DNA of 64,000 nucleotides from Eledone cirrhosa. Taxonomy: Eukaryota. Position numbers and translations under genes: made by a program. This document shows, one piece after another, positions 50,361 to 64,000 of this stretch. The notes below the pieces were generated by a model that saw only the letters and a program-made list of their open reading frames with translations, searched no databases and was not told where the DNA came from. Positions within the stretch are counted from its first letter, which is position 1. Each line of letters opens with the position of its first letter. The stretch covers positions 103,974,001 through 104,038,000 of the forward strand of contig OZ024741.1 of the NCBI GenBank assembly GCA_964016885.1, in the 5' to 3' direction.

Positions 50361-51262
50361 CATGCTGGCATGGGTTAGATGAGTTATCCTGTTGTGAGCA
50401 ATGCCAGATCAGGTGACCATGACTTGCTTGTACAGAACCAATTTTGGCTTAGTTTCTACAGCTGGATGCCCTTCCTAGTGCCAACCTCATTTACAATGAG
50501 TGTTGAGTGCTTTTCATTGTGACGCCTACACAACCATTTTCCAGTGTGGACTGAGTACTATTTGCCATGACACCTACACAACCACTTTACAGTGTGGGCT
50601 AGGCGCTTCCATCTCTCCGTAGTAACCACTAACCACTGTTTTCTGTCCTTAGGGGTATTTTTACCCGACTTCCATGCTGTTGTCATTGACAGAATTTGAC
50701 TATTTTAACAGCTGTTCCTCACATTCAAGTTTTTAACTGTTTCTATGAATTTCTAAATTTAGTTTTCATTTGATATTTATCATTTCGTAGTGTTGCAAGG
50801 TTTTATCTTCTTTACAGTGTCAATATATTTATAGAACTTTTGTTTTTCTAATATAAACTTTGATAGTTGTGGTAAATACAACACAGCAACTGAATTTGGA
50901 TCCTCAAATTCATTTTTTCTCATTTTCTTATCCATATATGTAGAAATTTCATGAATATTTTAAAGTAAATAAAATTACTAAATTATGAGAAAAAGGAAAC
51001 AAATTAATATGATCAACAAATTTTATTAATGAAAAAATTTGCCATTAGAGAAGGAGGAAAAAATTTTATTGATCAAGAAAACTTAATTTACTTGCTGTAC
51101 TGTGTGTTAAGGCAAGAATTCTCACATTGGTTCAGTATGTCGAGCAGAGCCAAAAGTAGTTTGTGATTTGTAGCATTCCTTTAAAAGAATATTTCCACTC
51201 AGCAACCAATGCTATTAGATGGTGGTATTATTAGTTCTTTGAGCTAATAGCTCCAACTATCG

Positions 51263-52709
<1,447 letters not shown>

Positions 52710-54424
52710 TCAACTGTAGTCTTTGTCAATGTCTGAAAAGGCTGCAAACTCCTTTGTAAATATATCCTTGTCTAATTAGAATCCAAAATCAACTTGTACA
52801 TATTACAGATAGTGAAATAGAGAAATGTTGTAGTAATTCTAACATAGATTTATATAAACAATGTTACATCTGTTCTGTATAACATATACCTTTAGTCTTT
52901 AAAAGATGATAAATATTCATGATGTATCTGATGTAAAGATTTCTTTAATGTCAATGTCACCTGATATTCTGAAATAATAAAGAAACAGTATAAGATATAG
53001 AGAATATTTAACATGTAGGGATTTAACAGTGGAAATTTTACATTTCTATATTGATAAACTGTTATAAAATATAATCATGTGAAGTCTACATATTTACAGA
53101 CTACAGGGGTCGATAAAATAAAGTACCCGTAATACACTGGATAATTGCTGGCCTTGTGCCTAAAGTAGAAACAATTATATACATATTAGCTGGGCTTGTG
53201 CAGTCAAAAATGACGGCTAATTGTAATATGTATACATAATATAAAAAAAGCGATGTCTGTTGGTTGGTTGGTTGGTTGGTTCTTTCGTGCTCACTCACAC
53301 AAGTGATACAAATATACAAACACAGTCAATGTGTGTAGCCAAATTGCCACACATACACACAGAGCTGTGACGAATATGAGAACACTGAACTTCTATAGTT
53401 TATCATCCCCTCCTCCTTCCTCAGTCATCACATAGATGCGTGTATATGTAATAATTATTTTTTCTAAGTGTGTCTGCTTATATATATGTGTGTAGATTTG
53501 TGTGTGTTTGTAATTCTATTGTCTATGTATCTTTCTAAATAAACACACACAATCACATATGGGTCCTCAATTAAATAATGAAGAGGGGGAAAATAAATAT
53601 TAAAAATTATATATAGCAACCAAACATCACACAAATTACAGAGTTCTGTCGTCAAAGAAAGACATGGGCATTGAGCGAGTCAAAAACTAGACTGTGTAAT
53701 TCTAATGGACATGAATAATTTGGGTGTTTAATACTTACATAAATGTTTTGTAAGAGACATTCTTATTACAAAAATATTTTAACCTTGTTGACAAGGCAGG
53801 TAACTGTGTCGAATGCGCACGCGTAACTATCATCTCCCTCTCTGTGTCTATGTCTGTCTTTGTCTTTTTCTCTTTTTTCTTCCTCTCTCTCTCTCTCTCT
53901 GTGTTGACACTTTGTAAAGGAAGACAACTCACATTTCATCCTGTTACTTTCATCACAGTGTCGTGTAAACAAACTTTCTTCACATTTTATCAAGAATAAT
54001 AAAGAAACCTTATAAAAAGGGCATCCAGCCACAGAAACCATACGAAAATGGAATGTATGACCAAACAGTCATCTGACATACCTCAGCCCAGAACGTGATA
54101 GCAAATCTAACCCATACAAGTGTAGAAAAGCCATCGATATAGTTTATTTCAGAAATGTTTTCTTTAAACAAATTTTTTAACTCACTTGGAGGATTAGATG
54201 AAAATCACACGAAACAATCTAGGAAAAAAAGCAAACAATTTCTCACCGAATATGGAAGCACATGAAAGAATTAAACTAGATAAATAATGGCAAGATAAGC
54301 AATCCAGTAAAAATAATAATAATTATTATAATAGGGCTGAAAACTAAGATAATGTATAAAATAAAAAAATATATTTTTTTATAGTTTTTTTTAAAATGAT
54401 ACAAATAATTTTAAAAAAATTAAC

Positions 54425-55245
54425 ATCTGAAGCAGAAAGTGCCGAGCTGAACAGTTTCTGCTCCAGTTCAAAGTCCTAGGTTTGTTCTGAGAGATCTCTG
54501 AATTTGTCTGCAATAGTATCTGCACACCTAGTATCAACTAGCTCTTCCCACTTTATCCGGCCAGTTTTGCGTGTTTTCTGGGCTTTAGGGAGTCTCAGGT
54601 TGCAGATAATTAGATGGTGATCAGTTGACAGCTCAATTTCCCTCTTAACACAAATATCTAGCACAGAATCAGAGTTCAGAGACACTAACAAAATTAATTA
54701 CTGATCTTTGTCCCCGATTTCCCTTATCCCATGTGTATTTGTGGAGGTCTTTGTTCTGTAAAGGTGTTCATAATAGAGAGTCCATTACTAGAACAGAAGT
54801 CTAATAAGGCCTCTCCATTCCTTCCAATCACTCCTTTCCATGTCGGGTGGTCTGTGTCAACATGTGCATTGAAGTCTCCCATTAGGATATATGACTCAGT
54901 CATAACCACATCTAATGCTGCAGTGACTTCATCAAAGAAGGATCTGTATTCAGATTCTTTGTTTAGCATATAAACTTGCATCACCCACAGAACTTTCTTT
55001 CAGCTTAAGCTTCAAGAGGCAATCCCTCCCTCCTAATAGGACAGTACATAACACATTCCAACAGCTGGGAACTTGTAAGTATCCCCATTTCTGTCACCAC
55101 ACCTAAATAGTAGAGTTTCCATCTTCCATCCAAATCCATGCCATGGAACCTTTTTGAGGAAACCCCAATTATATCTAGCCAGTAACATCTGGCTTCCTCC
55201 ACTATTTCCTGTTCATTACCTGTAAGGGTTGTAATGTTCCAACCT
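54425..55245 (-). mobile_element. RTE LINE APE endonuclease remnant
   Basis: WNITTLTG.E.E.VEEA...LDIIGVS...ILMGDFNAHV...NG..LLDFC..NGLSIMNTF...ELSTDHHL. Confidence 0.8.
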
Positions 55246-55299
55246 GGTTGGAAGTGGTATCAGGACTGGTGAGTGTAGGTCAGTTGGCTGGAATTTGCA

Positions 55300-55660
55300 A
55301 ATGAGATGGTACTATTTAACACATCAGAAAGTGATCTCTGATAGGTTTGCTGCCAAGTGCTGCATGGCAGGCATGAAAATCAGTGTGCAAAGAATGCGAC
55401 ATTCATCTTCTTAAGGAAACCTGCTCAGTGTATTCTATATGTGAGTGGAGTTCCACTGAAGCAGGTGGAGAAGTTCAAGTATCTCAGGGACGTTTTTATA
55501 AGTGATGGAAAGCAGCAGGCTGAATTAAATGCAATGATTGCAGGCACTGGTGCAGTAATGTGTCAACTTCAGCGTTCGGTCATCAGAAGAAGAGTAGGTG
55601 TAAGAGCCAAACTCGTTATCTTCAATTTAGTATTCATGCCAACCCTTGGCAGACTGGGTC
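55300..55660 (+). mobile_element. RTE LINE RT C-terminal remnant
   Basis: LKQVEKFKYL...SDGKQ..EL...A.AVM.QL.RSV...AKL.IF..VFMPTL. Confidence 0.7.
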
Positions 55661-55836
55661 TAAAAATATTGGTTGCCAGATGATAAAGGGGGCCCACACA
55701 TATATAGAATGCTATAATTTAATTGTCATAATGAATAAATAACATTTTCAAAAAATACGTAAGTGAAAACAAAACAGTGCAATCAAATTTTTGTGGAAAA
55801 AAATGTGTATTTTTTTTACTAATTATAGTGTGTTCA

Positions 55837-57962
55837 AGATTACAAGGCAATGTGTCAGAGAGAATTGTGATGTCATTGGAGAGAAGTGTATCTGGAATGA
55901 TAAAAGTGAGCTTGCCCTCACAAGTGTTGAGAAGAAGGATGCATGGAAGAGCCATTATGAAAGATTACTAAATGAGGAGAATGCATGGGAAGGAGAGACC
56001 CTACCCTAAGTAGACTCTGTAGAGGAGCCAGCAGTACAAGTCAGCAGCAGAATAGTAAATAAGGCAATCAAAGATATGAAGACAGGGAAGGCAACTGGTC
56101 CATCGGGTATAGCTGCTGAGATGCTGAAGGCATCTGGGTCAGTAGGTCACACCATAACCATATGTATTGTTAACCAGGTAATACTAAGTGTCATACCAAA
56201 GGATTGGTGCAGCAGCATCATTGTCAACTGCTACAAGGGTAAAGGTGATGCACTAGATAGAGGAAACTACAGAGTTATAAAGCTGATGGACCAGGTCATG
56301 AAAGTAACAGAAAGAGTTATAGCACAGTTGATTAGGGACCGGGTGAAACTAGATGAGATGGAATTTGGGTTTGTGCCAGGAAAAGGAACCACTGATGCCC
56401 TCTTCCTTGTGGGGCAGTTACAGGAAAAGTATCTAGCTAAAAGTAAGCCACTCTACCTGGAATTCGTTGATCTGGAGAAAGCCTTTGACAGAGTTCTCCG
56501 TGCTACAATCTGGTGGGCTCTTAGAAAACTAGTAGATGAATGGCTTGTGAAAGCTGTACAAGCCATGTATAGGGGAGTAGTCAGCAAAGTTAGGATTAGA
56601 AATGACTATAGCAAGGAATTTAGCATACAAGTTGGTGTCCACCAGGGCTCTGTTCTTAGCCCTCTCCTGTTCATCATAGTTTTGCAGGCAATAACGGAGG
56701 AGTTTAAGAGCGGATGCCCATGGGAACTCCTGTATGCTGATGACCTCGCACTTATATCTGAATCTATGGTAGAACTAGAGAAGAAATTCCAAACATGGAA
56801 GCAGGGACTAGAAAGAAAGGATCTCAAAGTCAACATGACAAAGACTAAGGTCCTTGTAAGTAGACGAGAAAACAGAACCCAGATCCCCTCAGGGAAATGG
56901 CCTTGCTCAGTATGTAGGAAAGGTGTAGGTAGGAACTCCATTCTCTGCCCCAAATGCAAACAATGGGTACACAAGAGATGTAGTGGGATCTCAGGAAGCT
57001 TAACTAAGAATGTAGGCTTCACATGTAGCAGCTGTGCTGGGACAGCAAGCAGCAAACAGCCACAGGAAACAAGCACTACCAAACAGTAGGAGGGTTCTGT
57101 AGAAACAGTAGACAGCTTTTGCTACCTAGGTGACCGAATTAGCAACAGAGGTGTGTGTTTGAAAAGTACAATAACTAGGGTAAGAATGGGATGGGAGAAG
57201 TTCAAGGAGCGACTGCTAGCTGCAAAAGGCTTTTCCCTCAAAATGAAAAGCAGGCCATATGATGCATGTATACGAACAGCAAAGTTACATGGTAGTGAAA
57301 CCTGGGTGCTGTCTGTAGAAGACTTGCATAGATTAGAAAGAAACGAAGCCTGCATGCTCCGATGGATGTGTAATAGTAATATACGCGAACGGCAAAGCAT
57401 AAACAAATTGAGAGCGAGACTGAGCATAAGAGGAATCAAATGCTGTGTGCAGGAGAGGCGGTTGCATTGGTATGGACATGTGATGCATATGAAGGATGAC
57501 AGCTGCATAAAAAGGTGCAGAGCACTAGAAGTCGATAGAAACCGCGAAGTGGGGAGACCCAAGAAGACCTGGGATGAGGTGATAAAAACCGACCGTAACC
57601 AATTACACCTCTCAAAGGCGATGACACACGGCCGTGACCTCTGGTGTCATGCAGTAATACAGAAGACCTGACCCCCCCCCCCCCACGGGTACAAGTTGAA
57701 GCTGAAGTATATAGACAACATGCCCCCACCCCATCCCACTGCAAAGTGGTCGTGGAGGTGCCACGGCAAAAAAAAGCACCCAGCGCTCAGTGAATGAGGT
57801 TGGTGTTAGGAAGGGCATCCAGCTGTAGAAATAAAGCAGAATCAGTTCCCGTATGAGCAAGACATGGTGAGCCAACCGGCTTCTGCCCACAACAGGACAA
57901 CCCGTCTAACCCATGCTAGTGTGGAAGAACGGACGTAAAACGGTGATGATGATGATGATGAT
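55837..57962 (+). mobile_element. 5'-truncated RTE LINE (RT, PHD-like finger, tail type A)
   Basis: MKTGKATGPSG...FVDLEKAFDRV...GVHQGSVLSPLLF...LLYADDL...KTKV; C-terminal HGSETW...RRLHWYGHV...GRPKKTW; (GAT)n tail; stops and frameshift present. Confidence 0.93.
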
Positions 57963-57967
57963 ATATA

Positions 57968-58675
57968 CATCATCATCATCATTATCATCAACGTTTAACG
58001 TCCGTGTTCCACGCTTGCATGGGTTTGGACGGGGGTAGTCCCACTTGAGGCAAGAGTGATTGTCTTGCTCGCATAGGACTGTCTGGCAGGTTTTCTACAG
58101 TTGGATGCCCTTCCTAACACCAACCACATTTACAGTGTGGGTCTGGGAGGTTTTTACCGTGTTGCCTACACGGCCACATTACAGCGTGGACTGTGTGTTT
58201 TTTTGTCGTGACACCTACACGATCTCATTTGTTTCGGTCTGGATGGTGTGGCACCAACATAACTTTACATAGAACGGGGTGGTGTGGATGGGGTGGGGGT
58301 GGTGGGACGGGGTATTTTGTTAGAGATGCCTACTGGCTGTAGTAGGTTTTACTATGTATTTAGGTAAGGCGGGTCTTCTCTGTTACTGAGTACCGCCAAA
58401 GGTCTCGGTCCAGTGACATTGTCTTGGAGAGGTGTAAGTGTGTGAGGTCGGAGTTTATCAGCTCGTCCCAGGTTTTTCTAGGTCTGCCTATTCCGTGGCT
58501 ACCGTCTATCTTTATTGCCCTGCACTTTGTTATACAGCTATTGACTTTCATGCGCATCACGTGTCCATACCAACGTAGCCTTCTCTCGAGTAAACAACAT
58601 CTGATCCCTCTTATTTCTAATTTTTTCCTTAGTTCGTTTATGCTTTGCCGTTCACGTATATTACTGTTACACATC
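57968..58675 (-). mobile_element. RTE LINE 3' end (tail type B)
   Basis: Highly similar to 17626-18320; tail-to-tail with the preceding LINE. Confidence 0.9.
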
Positions 58676-58712
58676 CATATATACATCCATATATACATAC
58701 ATATATATATAT

Positions 58713-59141
58713 GAAGGCACATGTGGTTAGAGCATTGGGCTTGCAATCGAAAGGTTGTGAGTTCAATTCTCGGACTGGGTGATGTGTTGTTTCCTTGAGC
58801 AAGTCACTTTATTTCACATTGCTCCAGTTTACTCAGCTGTAGAAATGAGATGATAGGACTGGGGTCCCTATCATTCCACTGCAAAGTGGTCGTGGAGCTG
58901 CCACGGCAAAAAGCACCCAGCCCACTGTAAAGTGGACGTGTAGGCACCACGAAAAAAAAAGCACCCAGCACTCACTGTAAATGAGGTTGGTGTTAGGAAG
59001 GGCATCCAGCTGTAGAAATCAAGCCAGAATCAGTTCCCATATGAGAAAGACAAAGTCAGCCGACCGGACACTGCCCACAACAGGACAACTTGTCTAACCC
59101 ATGCTAGCGTGGAAGAATGGACGTAAAATAGTGATGATGAT
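58713..59141 (+). mobile_element. CORE-type tRNA SINE with RTE tail A
   Basis: tRNA head (TGGTTAGAGC, GAGTTCAATTC), CORE-like CCTTGAGCAAGTCACTT...CAGTTTACTCAGCTGTAGAAATG, then from 58876 homologous to LINE 3' UTR 57736-57960. Confidence 0.85.
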
Positions 59142-59384
59142 ATATATATATTTATATATATATATAGAGAGAGAGAGAGAGAACACAGAGATGCAAAAAC
59201 TCAAAGTCTTATTAGTTTCATTTGTGGGAAGAAGTAATGAGGGTTTTGACTTGTCAAGCATAGGTCCTTCTCCAGGAAACGGAGAATTCAGAGAGAGAAA
59301 AGGTTGGAATAAAAGACGGTTGGGGAGGGTAGGCGAGTAGAGGTGAGGGCTGAGCTGGAGAGTCCAGGTGTGTCTTGTCATATA

Positions 59385-60905
59385 TCATCATCATCGTTTA
59401 ACATCTATCTTCCACGCTAGCATGAGTTTAGACGGGAATTGTCTCATTTAAGGCAAGATTGGTTGTCTTGCTCGTATAGGACTGTGTGGCAGGTTTTCTA
59501 CAGCTGGATGCCCTTCCTAACACCAACCACGTTTACAGTGTGGACTGGGAGGTTTTTACCGTGTTACCTACACGGCCACGTTACAGCGTGGACTGTGTTT
59601 TTTTTTTGTCGTGACACCTACACGACCTCATTTATTTCGGACTGGATGTTGTGGTACCGACATAACTTTACAGAGAAAGGTGGTGTAGACGGGGGTGTAT
59701 TTTTGGTTAAGAGGTGCCTACTGACTGTAGGTTTCGCTTTGTACTTAGGCAAGGCGGGTCTTCTGTATTACTGTGTAGCGACAAAGATCTTGGTCCAGTG
59801 ACATTGTCTTGCTTCCATCAATTTTGATCGTCCTGCACTTTTTTATACAGCTGTTGTCTTTCATGCGCATCACGTGACCATACCAACGTAGTCTTCTCAT
59901 GAGTAAACAGCATCTGATCCCTCTTATTCCTAATTTCTCACTTAGTTCATTTATGCTTTGCCGTTCACGTATATTACTATTACACATCTAACGAAGCATG
60001 CAAGCTTCATTCCTCTCCAGTCTGCACACAATGCCCATGACTCACTGCCATGCAACATTGCTGTACGTATACAGGCATGATACAGTCTGCCTTTCATTTT
60101 TAGAGAGAAACGTTTAGTGGCCAATAGTGGTATAAGCTCTCTGAACTTTTTCCATCCCGTTCTGACTCTGGCTACTGTACTTCCAGAGCACCCTCCACCA
60201 CTGCTGATTTTGTCACCCAGGTAACGGAAGGTGTCCACTATTTCTATTGAACCATCTGGGCAATGGAAGGAGCTAGTATCCTTTGGGCACTTGCTACTAC
60301 TTATTGCACCCGAGCATCGGCCACATATAAAATCTATGTTCTTAGTTAGCTTACCTGTGATCCCACTACGTCTTTTAGGCACCCATACTTTGCATTTGGG
60401 ACATAAAATGGAGTTTCTGCCTACTCCTTTCTTACACACTGAGCATGGCCATTTCCCAGAGGGGATCAGTGCTCTATTTTCCTTCCTACATACTAGAACT
60501 TTAGTCTTAGACAAGTTAATTTTAAGGCCTTTTGATTCTAAGCCATGCTTCCATGTTTGGAATTTCTTCTCTAGTTCAGCCATGAGCGTTAGATTATCTG
60601 CATATAGAAGTTCTCATGGGCAGCCGGTCTTGAACTCCTCTGTTATAGCCTGAAGGGCAATAATAAATAGTAGGGGGCTAAGTACAGAGCCCTGATGAAC
60701 ACCAACTTTTACGCTAAATTCTTCACGATATTCGTTGTTAATTCTAACCTTGCCGACTGTTTCTTTATACATGGCTTGTATAGCTCTCACAAGCCATTCA
60801 TCAACACCTAGTTTTCTAAGAGCCCACCAGATAATGGAGCGGGGGACTGTCAAAGGCTTTCTCCAAGTCAACAAAAGCTAAGTATAGGGGTTTACTTTTA
60901 GCTAG
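59385..60905 (-). mobile_element. 5'-truncated RTE LINE (tail type B), frameshifted
   Basis: FVDLEKAFD, GVHQGSVLSPLLF, LIPSGKWPCSVCKKGVG, HGSESW, RRLRWYGHV. Confidence 0.92.
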
Positions 60906-61574
60906 GTATATATATATAGTGCTACATACTTTAGTTTAAGTATATACAATGATACATCTGCAGCACCTAATGTGTCTGTGAATAATATCAGAAAGCTTAA
61001 AACACTGTCTATTAAATAACAAGGAAGACAATATAAAAAAATCTCTTTTTATTTACACTACATAAGATTAACATAACAGTGCTATAAAAGGAAAAGTAAT
61101 AAATACAATAATTCCAATATAAATTACTTAGCATCTATTTATGATGTAAATATTTATGCATGTTAGGTCAAACAAATATATAGCTTTGTGAAAACACAAT
61201 TCTTTTGTATTTAATGATATACAAATATTAGTATGTTGAAAATAATATATTTTACATAAGAAATTATTGACAAGAAAATATTGCCAAGATACAAACTTAA
61301 AGAGTGTAAACTTGGGAGAAAAACGAAATTTTCATGGTAGCCTAAGGTTTTCATTTAGTTTTATAATATGCTGTCATGTGACTAAAAGCTTCTAGAATAT
61401 TCTAAATGTATTCAAACTTGTACTTAATTTTTTATGAGCCAAATGACAAGATAATTGTATCCATCAAAAGGGCCTAACTCAAGGCCATAAACACATATCC
61501 TGAGAGAGAATGTATTGATGGATGAGGCAATTTCATTTCCTTAGTGTGTTCTAAGGTGGAGTGAATACATTCAA

Positions 61575-61685
61575 CACATCCTTTAGTTTGTGTATATACA
61601 CTGCTGCATACCTTAGTCTGTGTATATACACTGCTACATACTTTAGTTTGTGTACATACATTCATACCTTTGTTTGTGTATAAGT
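61575..61685. repeat. 30-bp tandem repeat, about 3 copies
   Basis: TGTATATACACTGCT(G/A)CATAC(C/T)TTAGT(C/T)TG; a related single unit occurs at ~60910-60945. Confidence 0.7.
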
Positions 61686-63179
61686 TTACACTGCCATGGC
61701 TTCATTTTGTGTATGAAACATATACTTCTTAAAATTTTACAAATTGTATAGCCTAAAGATAAACGGTTATTGAAGATCAGTTTGGAGAAATGTGTAACTG
61801 TTATCCATTGATCAAATCAGTAAATTCTATAGTTTATGGTCGAGTCAGTACAAGATTTGGTTAGATGTCTTACATATAAAATAACAGGAAAATAATTTAG
61901 GAGTAAAGTAGCTTTATTCTAGTTTCAGGTTATTAGTGATGAGGTCAAAACTCAGGGTTCTGGGCCTCATAGCAGAAATGACAAAAGGTTGAGAAAATGT
62001 GGTGATATCTTATATAACAGACATAGCCAACCCACATCACCATATAGAATGGCCATTAAAGCATTGTGGTTTTGTTTGAATTTCTGAGATGAGGAGTTAA
62101 AATTATTATACACTAATATATTGAGATTAGTGGCCTTCTTGGCTGTTACAATCACAATGTTTCAGTTGTTGTGCCCTTTGACCTTCTTCAAATACTTGTC
62201 ATATTTGGTAATATTCTATGAAAAAACACTTTATTCAAACAACAGGGGAGAATTATCCTCATTCCTTTGCTCAACCCAACATATTCTGAATTAGTCTTTA
62301 ATTACTTGTTTTCTCTGCTTAAACTAAGGTATATATATATACACAAAAGCAGATGAACTGCTATACTTATCACTTAACCAAAGGATATAGACTATACTGT
62401 CCCTTAGGGGAACTAAGTGATAGAAATTAGTAGCCTTTTTATGGTCTTAGGCTTAATGTATTTCCTTTCTTAGTTAAATGCTGGGCCTACACAGAAAAAA
62501 TGGCTTTGGTTTGAAATAGTAAGGATATTATTAAGTACCACAGGCATTAGAAGGCCAGAACGTAGAATGACTAAAATGTAATAAATAAGATAGGGATATT
62601 AGTCTAAATAATAAATGTGTCATCATCATCACTGTTTAATGTCTATTTTCCATGCTTACATTGTGACATCTTGCCCATATAATTTGTTTTTGTTTTAGTT
62701 TTCTGCAGCCGGATGCCCTTCCCAATGCCAACCACTTTACAGTGTATACTGGGAGCTTTTTTGTAGCACCAGCGTCACAAATTTACAAAGTAGACTGGGT
62801 GTTTTTGCCATGGCACAAGTGAAACCAGCATACAGAATGGACTGGATGCTTTTGACGCAGCACTTGCAAAACCACTTTAGAGAGTTGACTGGGTGTGTTT
62901 TATTAAGTCATCAATACTACTTCATTGCAATATTTTGGTGCTCAGTGACCTTGGAACAGCTGGGGAGCCAATGACATGGGTTCAAGGATAGAGTAAGGGG
63001 CGTCATACCACTGTGAGACAGAGCAAGCGACATATTTTGGCATTAAGAGAGAGTTGCACTTGGCAGTATATATAATATAGAGTTGACAAGTTATCACACA
63101 CTGTTATATCATCCTTTCTGTATGAATATATCTATGGTTATATATTTATTTCATAGAATGAAATTTGACATTGATACTG

Positions 63180-64000
<821 letters not shown>

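Overview
AT-rich, repeat-dense animal genomic DNA, most likely a coleoid cephalopod such as Octopus. This is inferred from the single-coding-exon tandem C2H2 zinc-finger genes, RTE LINEs with (GAT)n tails, tRNA-derived SINEs and (TA)n tracts. Host genes: two coding exons of a Rab29/Rab32/38-family GTPase (minus strand, continuing off the left edge) and a cluster of five C2H2-ZNF loci (one intact, one N-terminally damaged, two pseudogenes, one cut by the right edge). The rest is largely nested transposons: Penelope-like elements (PLEs), a Charlie/Buster-type hAT, two mariners, piggyBac-type and hAT MITEs, a Gypsy remnant, RTE/RTE-X/CR1-like LINEs and SINEs. The most unusual region is about 10.9-15.4 kb. 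It holds a ~3 kb fold-back PLE, two minimal hammerhead-ribozyme motifs, a 66-nt palindrome built from half a hammerhead, and a 581-bp non-coding unit whose terminal redundancy starts at a hammerhead-like cleavage site. All calls were made by eye with no database searches, and boundaries of degenerate repeats are approximate.
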